From IMG/VR virus record IMGVR_UViG_3300031994_000025, positions 76,422-140,421 of that record: DNA of 64,000 nt. The stretch is one strand, 5' to 3'. The position numbers were made by a program, and so were the translations under genes. How positions within the stretch are numbered: position 1 is the stretch's first letter; each line of letters opens with the position of its first letter. Below the pieces are notes generated by a model that did no database searches, was not told the origin of the DNA, and saw only the letters and a program-made list of their open reading frames with translations. Source of the stretch: a virus (Duplodnaviria; Caudoviricetes). Below, piece after piece: positions 29,535-38,752 of the stretch.

Positions 29535-32500
29535 TCAGATGTACATTATCTCCATTGTCACATCGCCCAGCCCCGTCTTGTTGCTGATGGTATATTGCAT
29601 CTTGCGGATGAATCCCGTCACGTCGCCTACCTCCGAGCGCTTCGTCTTGTCGATGGTCAGCAGTTGCGCCAGCGTCATGCGCACCGTGCGCTTCACGATG
29701 CGGGAGTTTCGAATCCAGTAGGAGTACTCCTTATAGAATTGGTCGGCAAGTCCGCGACCTTTCAGATTCTCATTGGTGATGGCCAGATATCGGCGGTTGT
29801 AACTACTCTCTTCCTGTGTTGGGTCGAAGTATGGGTTGGGCTTCTCGGCCCGCAGCTTCAGCGAGAAGCGTCCGTAGCGCGAGTCTACGCCATTGTCAAT
29901 CGTCATGGACTCGCCGCTATTGCCGTATGCCATTTGGCAGAGCTGCAGCAGTGTATCGCATCGTTCCCAGCTGCTGTCCATCTCAATGATGATTTTCTGT
30001 CCATAGGCGTCCATACGCATTATATCTTCGACAGAGTGGAGTATCCAAGATGGGATGTAGTACGGACCAAAGTCAATTATCCCAGACATACTGCGATATG
30101 TAGCAATGAGAATATTGTGTAAGGTTTTGTTGTTATCGGGGATGGTTATGACACTCGCGCCGGAGATATATCCTCCAGTGCCGTTGAAAGCCGCGTTGCT
30201 GCCAGGGAAAATCTCTGACAGTTTGTTTATCGCCAATTCCCTTGTGTTTATAATATCGCTTCCGCTCGTCCCAGACTGTTTGCCGTTGTAGTCCCATAAT
30301 TTGCCATAGTTGTCGCAGGTGTCGGGGTGGGCAGTTACACTGCTGCCCGGCATGAGCCTCCAGGTATCGTTGCCCTCGCCGTCGTCGGGGTCTCCCTCGT
30401 AGCGCACGTAGGCATCGTCGCCAGAGCCGCGCATGATGCCAAGTGTCAGGCCCCAGTCGTGGGATTCCACGGGTGACACGCCGTTGTCGTTGGGCTCGTA
30501 GTTATCCTGGAGATACAGGCGGTAGCCTTCGTTGATGTGGCCGTCGATGTTCATCGTTACGGGCAGGGTGGTGAGTCCGATCGTCGAGACCAGCATCACC
30601 TTCAGGTCGGCGCTGAGACGATAGTCGTCCTTCTGTGCATACATGTCCGACCTCACGGCAAACTCTCCCGGCTTCACGATGCCGTCAACCTTCATGCTGC
30701 TGGCTGGGGCTTCCTTGCTCTCGTCATAGAGCCCACCGCTGCCGTAGATGGGGTACTCCGTTGCGGGGTCGTCGTAGTCCGTGCCGTCGCCTTTCAACGA
30801 GGGACGGCGCGGGCGCATCGTCTCGTCCACGAACAGGGCAAACAACTGTTCGGTTTCGCCCTTGCGCTCATTCTCCATATTGAGGTCGTTCATGATGGCC
30901 GGCATGAAGCCGACATTAACAGTCTCGATGGTCTCTTCCTCGCCCGTGCAGTCACCGTCTTCCGCATCCATGTACTCGCCGTAGCCGAAGAGCGACGGAT
31001 AGAGCTCGTCGTAGCGCTTGGCGTCCTTGTCGATCTTGATACCGTAGGCGTTACCCGTCGCGGGGGTCACGTAGCAGGTCTTGTCGAAGGCGTTCACGCG
31101 CTTGATGATGTCTGCGTAGTTGGCGTCGAGCTTCCACTTCGAGTAGTCGTGGGTGTCGCTGTTGTCCTGCCACAGCTCCTTCTTGTGGGGCAGCATGTCG
31201 TCGAAGCCCTTGTAGTGGAAGTGCGTGTCGTCCTTGTCGCCGTAGGTCATGCGGAACCCTCTGATGGAGTTCTCCACCTTTTCCTCCGGCCGTACCACCT
31301 CACAGTTGATGTGCTGCACCGCCGTATCGCGGAACAGGTTGCGCAGCAACACGATGCGCACGCGCTTGTAGTCGTCGCTGAACAGCAGGCGTATGCCGAA
31401 GCCGCTCTCCAGGGCATGGATGACCTCTGAGATGTCGACATTGGGGAAGCATTCCGGCGTGGCATAGGCGCGGTGCAGATAGCCGTTGTCGTGCTCGTAT
31501 TGCTCGCGGTCGGTTTCGCTCCACTGTCCGGCACTCTCTATGTCTATCTTAATATGCTTCACGGCGGGCATCCCGCTGGGGAGGGCTTGGCCGAGCCTGT
31601 AGTCGGTGCATACAAATCCGCTCTCCTCCTTGTTGATGTTCTCTCCACGTTTGTATTCATATATCTTCCGCCCTGCCACTTCCGACACCTCCTCCCGGCG
31701 TCCGAAGTACTCCGGCACGAGGCGGCTGATCTGCCGTCCGTTCATGTTGAACCGATACTTGCCGAGCGATGGGTCTGAGATGGCGGTGCGCAGCGTGGTT
31801 GGTTCCTTGTAGGCACAGTTGGTGTTCACGAAGAACAGACGTTTCAGGTCTTCCACGTCCATCATCTGATTCTCCTCGATATAGATGCCGAGGTGCTTCA
31901 TCAAGGCGCGGAGCCAGTAGATAACGTAGAAGTTCGGGGCCGAGTTCAGACGATTAGCGGGCATGTACTCGTAACCGCGCTGCGCCTCCGGCTCCTCGTT
32001 GTACTTGGGAATGTAGGTTCCGTCCGTCTGCTTCTTCTCGTAGCCCTGCTTCTGGTAGCAAAGGGCCACGTTGCAGTAGGGGTGGCTGTCGTCGTAGGGG
32101 CTGTCGGTGTTGATGCAGTCGAACTCCGTCAGCCCCTCACCCGTCAGGTCGGTGAACGTGCCAGTCTCCAGCCGTGGGAACACCATGCGCGGGTACTCCT
32201 GTACCGCCTGCAGTTCTTTCTCACCATCGCTGGTGAACGGCACGTCGCGGCCGCGTGTCCCGTCGTGAGGCTCCGTTTGGTAGAACACATCACTCGGTTC
32301 GGATGTCAAGTCTTCCGTCTCCTGATAGTCGAACACGAATGATGCCTTCAGTCTTACGGATACCGACACCTTTCGTTTGCGCCACAGGGCAAGGCCGATC
32401 ATCACGTCGCCCATCATCGGCACCTGGTTAGCTTTTGCCCCCTCTATCATCTCGTCGAAGGTGTGCTGGCCGCTCTCGAAGGTCAGGTCAAAGTTGCCGT

Positions 32501-32804
32501 CACCGTCCACCTCCACCTCGTCGTCGAGCACCAGATAGCCCAGGAAAAGCGGCAGCCCCTCCACCCAGAGGCGGGCGCGTCGCTTATGCAGGATGTCGTG
32601 AAGGCGCGAGCCGTGTATCTCTCCGGCGGTGCCTACGATGTGTGCGTTGGCGGCTGCGTTGAGGGAGAACGCATGGCTCCACACGTCGCCCTTGGCGAAT
32701 ATCTCCGACGTGGCGGTGATGGTGATGCTGGCGTCCTCTGGCAGGCTGGCAAACTGCGAGCCGGTGCCTTCGCGGTCGAAAACTTCTAATGCAAGATGTT
32801 CCAT
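29535..32804 (-). CDS. Large tail protein (hub-like)
   Basis: 1089-aa ORF; N-terminal WSHAFSLN...N.HI.G of the kind seen in Bacteroidota phage tail proteins. Confidence 0.7.
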   Translation of the reverse strand: MEHLALEVFDREGTGSQFASLPEDASITITATSEIFAKGDVWSHAFSLNAAANAHIVGTAGEIHGSRLHDILHKRRARLWVEGLPLFLGYLVLDDEVEVDGDGNFDLTFESGQHTFDEMIEGAKANQVPMMGDVMIGLALWRKRKVSVSVRLKASFVFDYQETEDLTSEPSDVFYQTEPHDGTRGRDVPFTSDGEKELQAVQEYPRMVFPRLETGTFTDLTGEGLTEFDCINTDSPYDDSHPYCNVALCYQKQGYEKKQTDGTYIPKYNEEPEAQRGYEYMPANRLNSAPNFYVIYWLRALMKHLGIYIEENQMMDVEDLKRLFFVNTNCAYKEPTTLRTAISDPSLGKYRFNMNGRQISRLVPEYFGRREEVSEVAGRKIYEYKRGENINKEESGFVCTDYRLGQALPSGMPAVKHIKIDIESAGQWSETDREQYEHDNGYLHRAYATPECFPNVDISEVIHALESGFGIRLLFSDDYKRVRIVLLRNLFRDTAVQHINCEVVRPEEKVENSIRGFRMTYGDKDDTHFHYKGFDDMLPHKKELWQDNSDTHDYSKWKLDANYADIIKRVNAFDKTCYVTPATGNAYGIKIDKDAKRYDELYPSLFGYGEYMDAEDGDCTGEEETIETVNVGFMPAIMNDLNMENERKGETEQLFALFVDETMRPRRPSLKGDGTDYDDPATEYPIYGSGGLYDESKEAPASSMKVDGIVKPGEFAVRSDMYAQKDDYRLSADLKVMLVSTIGLTTLPVTMNIDGHINEGYRLYLQDNYEPNDNGVSPVESHDWGLTLGIMRGSGDDAYVRYEGDPDDGEGNDTWRLMPGSSVTAHPDTCDNYGKLWDYNGKQSGTSGSDIINTRELAINKLSEIFPGSNAAFNGTGGYISGASVITIPDNNKTLHNILIATYRSMSGIIDFGPYYIPSWILHSVEDIMRMDAYGQKIIIEMDSSWERCDTLLQLCQMAYGNSGESMTIDNGVDSRYGRFSLKLRAEKPNPYFDPTQEESSYNRRYLAITNENLKGRGLADQFYKEYSYWIRNSRIVKRTVRMTLAQLLTIDKTKRSEVGDVTGFIRKMQYTISNKTGLGDVTMEIMYI

Positions 32805-32844
32805 AAGTTGCGATATTGTTTTTGCTTAATATCGTCAGGATCAA

Positions 32845-32884
32845 ATCCCGAATCAAGGGCAGATATCTGCCCTTGATTCGGGAT
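32845..32884. promoter_or_regulatory. Perfect 40-bp palindrome holding two back-to-back late promoter motifs
   Basis: ATCCCGAATCAAGGGCAGAT|ATCTGCCCTTGATTCGGGAT; each arm followed N20 by GATATTA (-) or CATCTTA (+). Confidence 0.8.
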
Positions 32885-32979
32885 GGAAACATCTGCATCT
32901 TACAGGCAGATACTTTTTTGCTAAAATTATTATGTTAATACGGAAAGATTGTTTCACGCTTGGCCCGTAACCAGCGTCT

Positions 32980-33120
32980 GAGGTAAAAGAAATACCTCGG
33001 CTCCTTTACAATATGAAGATTCCACCCAACATACGTGACCTCACTGGCCAGAGCCGAGGCATTATTGCCCGTTTCGGTCAGTGAGATTTCTTTCGTATGG
33101 TCTTGTTGAGTGGAATTGGG
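32980..33120. ncRNA. Candidate structured RNA / leader
   Basis: Nested stems 33019-31/33104-16, 33030-35/33094-99 and 33040-49/33076-85, plus crossing pair 32995-33003/33051-59; TACCTTTG (-) at 33122-33129. Confidence 0.45.
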
Positions 33121-33153
33121 TGCAAAGGTATAACAAAATACTCAAAGCGCCAA

Positions 33154-33384
33154 ATGAAAATAGTAAAATTCATTGAGATTAACGCTAATTTGTTAAAAAT
33201 ACTCCGCGAAAACGGGATTAAACTCAGCTACGTGGAGTTGACTGAGATGTATCGCGACTATAAGTCGCTGCGCTCCGTGCCCGGCAGCAAGCACACCGAG
33301 GTGCTGCGCGAGGTGTGCGGGCGGTACGGTATCGGACACACCAAGGCATGGGATGTTATCACGGCCTTGGACAAGGACATCTGA
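33154..33384 (+). CDS. Small putative DNA-binding (HTH-like) regulator
   Basis: 76 aa; C-terminal LREVCGRYGIGHTKAWDVI helix-turn-helix-like; inverted repeat directly downstream. Confidence 0.55.
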   Translation: MKIVKFIEINANLLKILRENGIKLSYVELTEMYRDYKSLRSVPGSKHTEVLREVCGRYGIGHTKAWDVITALDKDI

Positions 33385-33406
33385 ACGATGATATTAAAGT
33401 GTTAAA

Positions 33407-33476
33407 GACTCCGCAAAACGCGGAGTCGAAACGCGCCGCGTACCGTGGTCTGCCAACGGTTTTCGGCGTAACTTTG
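33407..33476 (+). promoter_or_regulatory. Inverted repeat GACTCCGC-N5-GCGGAGTC plus TAACTTTG -7 element for the Cys-rich operon
   Basis: Inverted repeat at 33407-33427; TAnnTTTG at 33469-33476. Confidence 0.6.
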
Positions 33477-33546
33477 TAGCGGGTTCCCCAAGACGGGTTC
33501 CCGCTACAGTTCATTTTATTATTCACCAACACAAAAACAAAACATC

Positions 33547-34185
33547 ATGGCAAACTTAGACATGAATGACCTCATGGCGATCCGTGGCATCGACCGCGAC
33601 GACGACCGTCGGTATGGCTGGGGTGGTGGCTACGGCTACAACCACGGCTACGGTAGTATGACGCCTTATGAGCAGATGAAAGTCTCTCACATGGCTTCAA
33701 AGCGCCCCAGTGGCGTGGCAGTGGCAGGACTGACCGTCGGCTCAGTGGCCGTCGTTGCCGGTATCGGCGCGTGGATTTTCGGTGGCATGCAGGCCAGTGC
33801 CAAGGCCAAGGAGGCTGCCCAGATCGGCATCGCAGCCAAGGAGCAGGCCGCTATGCAGTACAACGCTTCAACCAAGTTGCTGGAGACCGTACACGACAAC
33901 ACGCAGAAGACCATCGACCGTCTGCTTTACAGCTTGCAGCGTGAGACAGACGCTCGTGTGAACGGTGACCAGACCATCACACAGACCATCACCGACACCG
34001 TGAGCGGTTCGCAGCAGGGTTCGCTGACCGCCAACCAGCAGGCTGACCTCTCTGCCGTAAACAGTGTGATGCAGCAGACCTTTAGCGATGCCATCACTGG
34101 CCGCTCCAGTCTGAACCCGACTCCGGTGAACATCTTCTCTTCACCGAAGCCCTGCGACTGCCCGGGCTGTGGTTGCAACGGCTAA
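33547..34185 (+). CDS. Gly/Tyr-rich, TM-like, coiled-coil protein with Cys-rich tail
   Basis: YGWGGGYGYNHGYG; hydrophobic helix; ends PCDCPGCGCNG. Confidence 0.8.
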   Translation: MANLDMNDLMAIRGIDRDDDRRYGWGGGYGYNHGYGSMTPYEQMKVSHMASKRPSGVAVAGLTVGSVAVVAGIGAWIFGGMQASAKAKEAAQIGIAAKEQAAMQYNASTKLLETVHDNTQKTIDRLLYSLQRETDARVNGDQTITQTITDTVSGSQQGSLTANQQADLSAVNSVMQQTFSDAITGRSSLNPTPVNIFSSPKPCDCPGCGCNG

Positions 34186-34264
34186 GCAGACCGCCCGCAT
34201 TCCTTCCCCGCCCCTCTAAGGGGAGGGGTTAGGGGTGGGGTGCTTATCGAAACATTCACGGCAA

Positions 34265-34639
34265 ATGAAATGGTTTACCAACAAGCAGAAACGACTCGAA
34301 ATGATCCAGGCCATCAGACCCACCAGCCGCGCCACGCTGAAGATGCAGTGTCTCTTCGCAACCAAGGGCGACATCGACGAAGCAGCCAAACTGTATGACT
34401 ACTTTGCCAAGGATATGCCCGAACTGCCGGACTACGACCCCGTGCCTCCCACGTGGATTGACAAGACGGGCGACGTGGCCAACGGCATCGTCAACTGGCT
34501 CGGACAAAACAAGGAGGCGCTGGCTCAGGGCTACGAGATCATCCGGGGCATCACAGGCAACCGACTGCCCCCGCTCATGGGCGGCGTCGCCGACGCCTCC
34601 ACCACACCGGCAGAACCCCTGCCTCCCATCAACGAATAA
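34265..34639 (+). CDS. Hypothetical protein (Cys-rich operon)
   Basis: ATG at 34265, strong codon bias. Confidence 0.75.
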   Translation: MKWFTNKQKRLEMIQAIRPTSRATLKMQCLFATKGDIDEAAKLYDYFAKDMPELPDYDPVPPTWIDKTGDVANGIVNWLGQNKEALAQGYEIIRGITGNRLPPLMGGVADASTTPAEPLPPINE

Positions 34640-34695
34640 CAGTTCAGTATGCTGCTGTATCACAGCAGCCAAACAATTAAAATCATCACGGCATT

Positions 34696-34923
34696 ATGAA
34701 TGAGAAGAACAAACAACCGCTAAAGGGCTACCCGATCACCTTCCAGCTGTACGCTCACAGCGAGGAGGAAGCGGAGGAAGCACGCATGGCCATCGTGGCC
34801 TTCATCGGCCACCTGCGCCAGTACGGCATACCTGTCACGGGTAAGAAGGTGGCACAGGCCGCCGCAAATTGGGACCGCAATCCCATCGTAAAGAACCAGA
34901 TTATGAAACATTTCAAGGAATAG
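34696..34923 (+). CDS. Hypothetical protein (Cys-rich operon)
   Basis: 75-aa ORF with AT-rich leader. Confidence 0.7.
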   Translation: MNEKNKQPLKGYPITFQLYAHSEEEAEEARMAIVAFIGHLRQYGIPVTGKKVAQAAANWDRNPIVKNQIMKHFKE

Positions 34924-34928
34924 AGAAT

Positions 34929-35306
34929 ATGCCAGACTTAGACAACAAACCCACCGTCGGCACCGCTCCAGCAGCCCAGCCGACAACCGCCACGCAGGAG
35001 GCTCCGAAACCCGACCCTCGCCAGACCCTGAATCCCGACCCTCGCTCGGGCAACCAACCCGATCCTCGGTCGGCTTCAGAGGGCGCCCGCCAACCGCAGC
35101 CCAGACCCTGCCCGCAGGACTGCTCGAAGTGCTCCACGCCACAGCACATCTTCTGTTCGGCGAAGATGCTCTTCGACCTCTCGCGCGCCTATCAGGAACA
35201 GCGCCAGCAGCAGGCAGAACTGGTAAAGGCAGTGGCCGACATCCAACAGCAACTGAAGAAGGAGCAGGAAGTACAGCTCTCGCTGCCGTTCGACGCAGGA
35301 GCCTGA
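34929..35306 (+). CDS. Pro-rich protein with CxxxCxxC-x7-C cluster and coiled coil
   Basis: PDPR x3, CPQDCSKC...C, Q-rich helix. Confidence 0.7.
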   Translation: MPDLDNKPTVGTAPAAQPTTATQEAPKPDPRQTLNPDPRSGNQPDPRSASEGARQPQPRPCPQDCSKCSTPQHIFCSAKMLFDLSRAYQEQRQQQAELVKAVADIQQQLKKEQEVQLSLPFDAGA

Positions 35307-35415
35307 AAAAGAAAACCTAAGGTTTGCGATTTTGGCCGCCATAAGCACAAGAGGAGGACGGTGCAGAAAATAGAGCCTCGAAACAATCAACAACCAACAC
35401 AAACAACAAACAACT

Positions 35416-35886
35416 ATGGCTTGTCAAACAAGAAATGGGAAGACGTACTTCAACAGTCTTACGCCATTCCCCGGCGGCACTGCAGCCGCCACGTCGTATC
35501 TGCTTGATGCCACGCACTTCACCTGTGGCAACAAGAAGATGTGTATCAACTCGGCAGAGGGATTCCCTCTCGTCAACGCCTTCGAGGTGCAGGTGCTCGG
35601 CACGCCGCGCTCGCTGGGCGGCGACACCTACTGCTGTGACATCAGATGTATCTGCGACCTCACCTACCAGCAAGTCTATGGCTGCTGCGGAGGGTGCCAG
35701 AACACCTGCCTGCAAACGGAGAAGATCGTGGTGACGCAGTGCGTCCCTTGTCCTTCGGCAGAGGTGCCGACGGTAACCGCCAACGGCGTCGTCTGCTCGC
35801 CGGTCGAGGTGCAGTGCGGATGCTCGTCCACCAATCAGGTACACGTCGAGTTCTCCTTCGAGGTGGCTGAACAGGCAGCGCCCTAA
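35416..35886 (+). CDS. Cys-rich beta protein (16 Cys in 156 aa)
   Basis: YCCDIRCIC, GCCGGC, CVPC and CGC. Confidence 0.8.
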   Translation: MACQTRNGKTYFNSLTPFPGGTAAATSYLLDATHFTCGNKKMCINSAEGFPLVNAFEVQVLGTPRSLGGDTYCCDIRCICDLTYQQVYGCCGGCQNTCLQTEKIVVTQCVPCPSAEVPTVTANGVVCSPVEVQCGCSSTNQVHVEFSFEVAEQAAP

Positions 35887-35944
35887 CCACTGACGGTGTG
35901 CGGCGGTCCCGTGAAAGGACTGCCGCACCTTATCCCCCTATGCC

Positions 35945-36313
35945 ATGCCCTGGATTGATATCGCCTGCATCATCATCGCCGCGACGTCGGCCAACCGCCT
36001 CGGACTCGTCGAGGCGGCCGAAAGCTTCATAGGCCGTCGCATCCCCGTCGTCAGTTGCTCGAAGTGCCTGACGTTCTGGAGCGTCCTCGCCTGGTGCTGT
36101 CTTGTATGCTGCGATAACATCGCGGCCCTCCCGCGCAGCCTGCCGCAACTGCTCGCCGTATCATTCCTCGCATCCTATCTTGCCATCTGGCTCGAACTGC
36201 TGATGGCCTGTATCGACACTATTTACAACAAAGTATATGAAAAAATCATCAACCCCGAAACAGACACCGAAGGCCCTGGAGAAGAAGACGGAGGCGAAGG
36301 CCAAGACTCCTGA
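35945..36313 (+). CDS. Membrane protein with CxxC
   Basis: SCSKCLTFW between hydrophobic helices; CCLVCC. Confidence 0.7.
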   Translation: MPWIDIACIIIAATSANRLGLVEAAESFIGRRIPVVSCSKCLTFWSVLAWCCLVCCDNIAALPRSLPQLLAVSFLASYLAIWLELLMACIDTIYNKVYEKIINPETDTEGPGEEDGGEGQDS

Positions 36314-36464
36314 TGTCGCATCAGCCGCACAGCCCGTCTCGTCTGTTGCTGTATCTCAGCAACAAAAAACCCGCCGTCCGCATCCGTCGGTAGCCCGCCG
36401 TCCGGCAACGCTCCCCGTTCATCACACGCCGCGCCTGCCTCACGCCAGGTGTCCGTTTTGCTAA
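36237..36464 (+). CDS. Possible overlapping basic protein ending CPFC
   Basis: Fills the gap to 36479; overlaps the previous gene by 77 nt. Confidence 0.4.
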   Translation: MKKSSTPKQTPKALEKKTEAKAKTPDVASAAQPVSSVAVSQQQKTRRPHPSVARRPATLPVHHTPRLPHARCPFC

Positions 36465-36478
36465 TCATCGAATCAATC

Positions 36479-36985
36479 ATGGAATGGACAATCAATGAAA
36501 TGAAACAGGAGTTCGCCAACCTCTATCAGATGATGGCAACCTCCAACGAAGTAACCTACATGCACGTCTTCGGACAGGTGCATAAGGAAATGTTCGAGTG
36601 GCTGCTCGCCAACAAGCCCGACGTGGCCGAGGAGATGCTGCTGAAACTGGAGGCCATCCGCTGGTGCCAGTACCTTACGCCCAAGGAGGCCGACAAGATC
36701 ATTGCCGGCATGGACCCCAAGGCACCATGGAGCCGCGAGGCATGGAAGAGCGCGATGTCATCCTTCGGCCTGCCGCTCGAAGAGCAGCCGTACTATAACC
36801 AGTGCGCCCTCTTCGTGGAGATGTCGAAGATGTACTCCGATTTCGGCGACACCATCGCCGAGATGCTCGGCAAGCCCCTCTCACCGACCGACAAGGATAT
36901 CATCGCCGCATGCTATAAAATGGCCCTGAAAACCCTGAAGGACAAGGACTCCGTATACGACATCCGCCGCTACTTCGGTCTGTAG
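36479..36985 (+). CDS. Alpha-helical hypothetical protein (Cys-rich operon)
   Basis: ATG at 36479, strong codon bias. Confidence 0.75.
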   Translation: MEWTINEMKQEFANLYQMMATSNEVTYMHVFGQVHKEMFEWLLANKPDVAEEMLLKLEAIRWCQYLTPKEADKIIAGMDPKAPWSREAWKSAMSSFGLPLEEQPYYNQCALFVEMSKMYSDFGDTIAEMLGKPLSPTDKDIIAACYKMALKTLKDKDSVYDIRRYFGL

Positions 36986-37027
36986 TCCAGTACGCTGCGA
37001 TACCATCGCAGCCCAAATGACACCGCC

Positions 37028-37345
37028 ATGCCGACCCCATCCCTCGACCACCTCGCACGCCGCGAGTTGCTCCAGCGCATCTACGACAAGATGACCGACG
37101 AGGAACGCCGCCTCTTCGTCATGATGACGTTGCAGCACCGCAGCACGGAGGACATCATCCGCGCCCTCGCCGAACGCCAGCACCGCGAGACGATGCAGGC
37201 GCTTCAGGCACAGCGTGAACAGATGGAGCGGATGGCCAGCCGCATGGAACGGCAGAACTGGTACACGGACTTCGGATCGGACGTGGCAGCCAACCTGTTC
37301 ACCGACGGGCTGATATGGCTTGCCCGCCGTCTCTTCCGACATTAG
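37028..37345 (+). CDS. Coiled-coil hypothetical protein (Cys-rich operon)
   Basis: 105-aa ORF. Confidence 0.7.
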   Translation: MPTPSLDHLARRELLQRIYDKMTDEERRLFVMMTLQHRSTEDIIRALAERQHRETMQALQAQREQMERMASRMERQNWYTDFGSDVAANLFTDGLIWLARRLFRH

Positions 37346-37405
37346 CCCACCGTGCCGTGCGCTTCTCAGTACGGATCACATCTATCATTCGCCGTGAATG
37401 ATCCT

Positions 37406-37447
37406 GCGGGGCGCTCAGGCTTTCTGTGGCCTTTGCGCCCCGCTTTT
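37406..37447 (+). terminator. Intrinsic terminator ending the Cys-rich operon
   Basis: GCGGGGCGC...GCGCCCCGC followed by TTTT. Confidence 0.7.
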
Positions 37448-37499
37448 CTATGCCCTTGCTTTTCTTCCCCTCCGCACCTATCTTTCGGCAAAAAGACTC

Positions 37500-37982
37500 A
37501 TGACCACTTGCAAAGAATTTGTCCTCGACGACCTCATGGCCATCACCGCCATTCCCGTCACAGACTTCAACCTCGGCTTTGCCGACTGGCAGATGAAGAA
37601 AACCATCCCCGCCAGTCAGTTCTCCCCCACCCTCGCACGCTCCATCACCATCGGGCAGCAGCCCGCCGTGTCAGACGCTGTGCTCATCCCAATCATGCGG
37701 CTGACTGGAAAGGCCAAGGACGACGAATCAGACAGCGTAGCCAGCCGCCTGCATCCCGTCAACGTCACCTGTCAGGTTGACGACCGCGACCCGTCCGTCT
37801 GGGAGGACTTGCTCCGGCTGGAGCGCACGCCCTCCCATCTGCTCCTCACCTTCCGCGATAAGACGCGCGGCTTCGCATCCGCCACCATCGACACCTACCT
37901 ATGCACAGCGGAACGCGACGGTGCAAAGGTGACCGTCACGTTCCGCATCCAGAACTATATGGGCATCCAGCTTATCGTCTGA
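37500..37982 (+). CDS. Hypothetical (likely structural) protein
   Basis: ATG at 37500, behind TGCCCTTG-N20-TATCTTT (37451-37485). Confidence 0.7.
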   Translation: MTTCKEFVLDDLMAITAIPVTDFNLGFADWQMKKTIPASQFSPTLARSITIGQQPAVSDAVLIPIMRLTGKAKDDESDSVASRLHPVNVTCQVDDRDPSVWEDLLRLERTPSHLLLTFRDKTRGFASATIDTYLCTAERDGAKVTVTFRIQNYMGIQLIV

Positions 37983-38634
37983 ACATCATACGCTTCTTGT
38001 CCTTTTTCTCTTCCTCCGGCTTTGCAGGTTCTGTCTTGTCGGCAGCGGTTTCCGTCGCAGTGGCATTCGCTATATCCTTCTCGTCGGGTTCGACTTCCTC
38101 CGCAGTCTTTGCGTCGCCGTCCTTTCCCATCACCGAGAAGCGCTTCCAGAGCGCGTCTATCTCATCCTGCACGGCGGTGGCGGTGGCAGTGAAGTGACGG
38201 CCGTAGCGCAGGTTTACGGGGCCTGTGACGGCGAAGTCTGGCAGCAGCAGGGCTGTGTCAGGCTGGGCGTAGTCGACGAGCGTGAGACGGTCCTTGAAAG
38301 GATTCTCCGCAAACCACTGCGAGGGCATGGGCGACTGCTCCGGCGAGAGGTCGGCCACGATGGTCATGTGGGCGACGTAGTTCAGGTAGCCATTGCCGTC
38401 CATGCGGGCACGCTGTTTCTTCATCCACTTTCCGATGATCTCCGCTGCCTGGTCGGGTATCGACGGGGCGGCTATCAGCACTTCCGTCTCACAGTAGCGC
38501 GTCAATATTGCTGGCAGAAGTTCGGTCAGGCTCAGGTCGCCGTAGCCCTCAAAGTCTGTCTTGCCGTTAGTTCCGATAGCATCCCGCATTTCTCTTACAT
38601 GCTTTTGTGCGCAACAAGGTTCTATTAAACGCAT
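37972..38634 (-). CDS. Hypothetical protein
   Basis: ORF downstream of the putative tail tube gene. Confidence 0.7.
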   Translation of the reverse strand: MRLIEPCCAQKHVREMRDAIGTNGKTDFEGYGDLSLTELLPAILTRYCETEVLIAAPSIPDQAAEIIGKWMKKQRARMDGNGYLNYVAHMTIVADLSPEQSPMPSQWFAENPFKDRLTLVDYAQPDTALLLPDFAVTGPVNLRYGRHFTATATAVQDEIDALWKRFSVMGKDGDAKTAEEVEPDEKDIANATATETAADKTEPAKPEEEKKDKKRMMFRR

Positions 38635-38670
38635 AATCAATAATTTTTAGTCCATAATTACTTAAACTAA

Positions 38671-38707
38671 CGAGGCCCAGGCTCGTTTGATGGGAGCCTG
38701 AGCCTCG
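38671..38707 (-). terminator. Hairpin after the putative tail tube gene
   Basis: CGAGGCCCAGGCTC...GAGCCTGAGCCTCG. Confidence 0.55.
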
Positions 38708-38752
38708 TGATGATTGAGAGATCCGGAGAGGATTCGCTTAGGGATTTGTCTG

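Noticed and set aside
34200-34240. C-rich/G-rich hairpin (similar one at 8850-8890) as a novel element
   Set aside because: Looks like a generic REP-like or terminator hairpin; nothing further supports a distinct function
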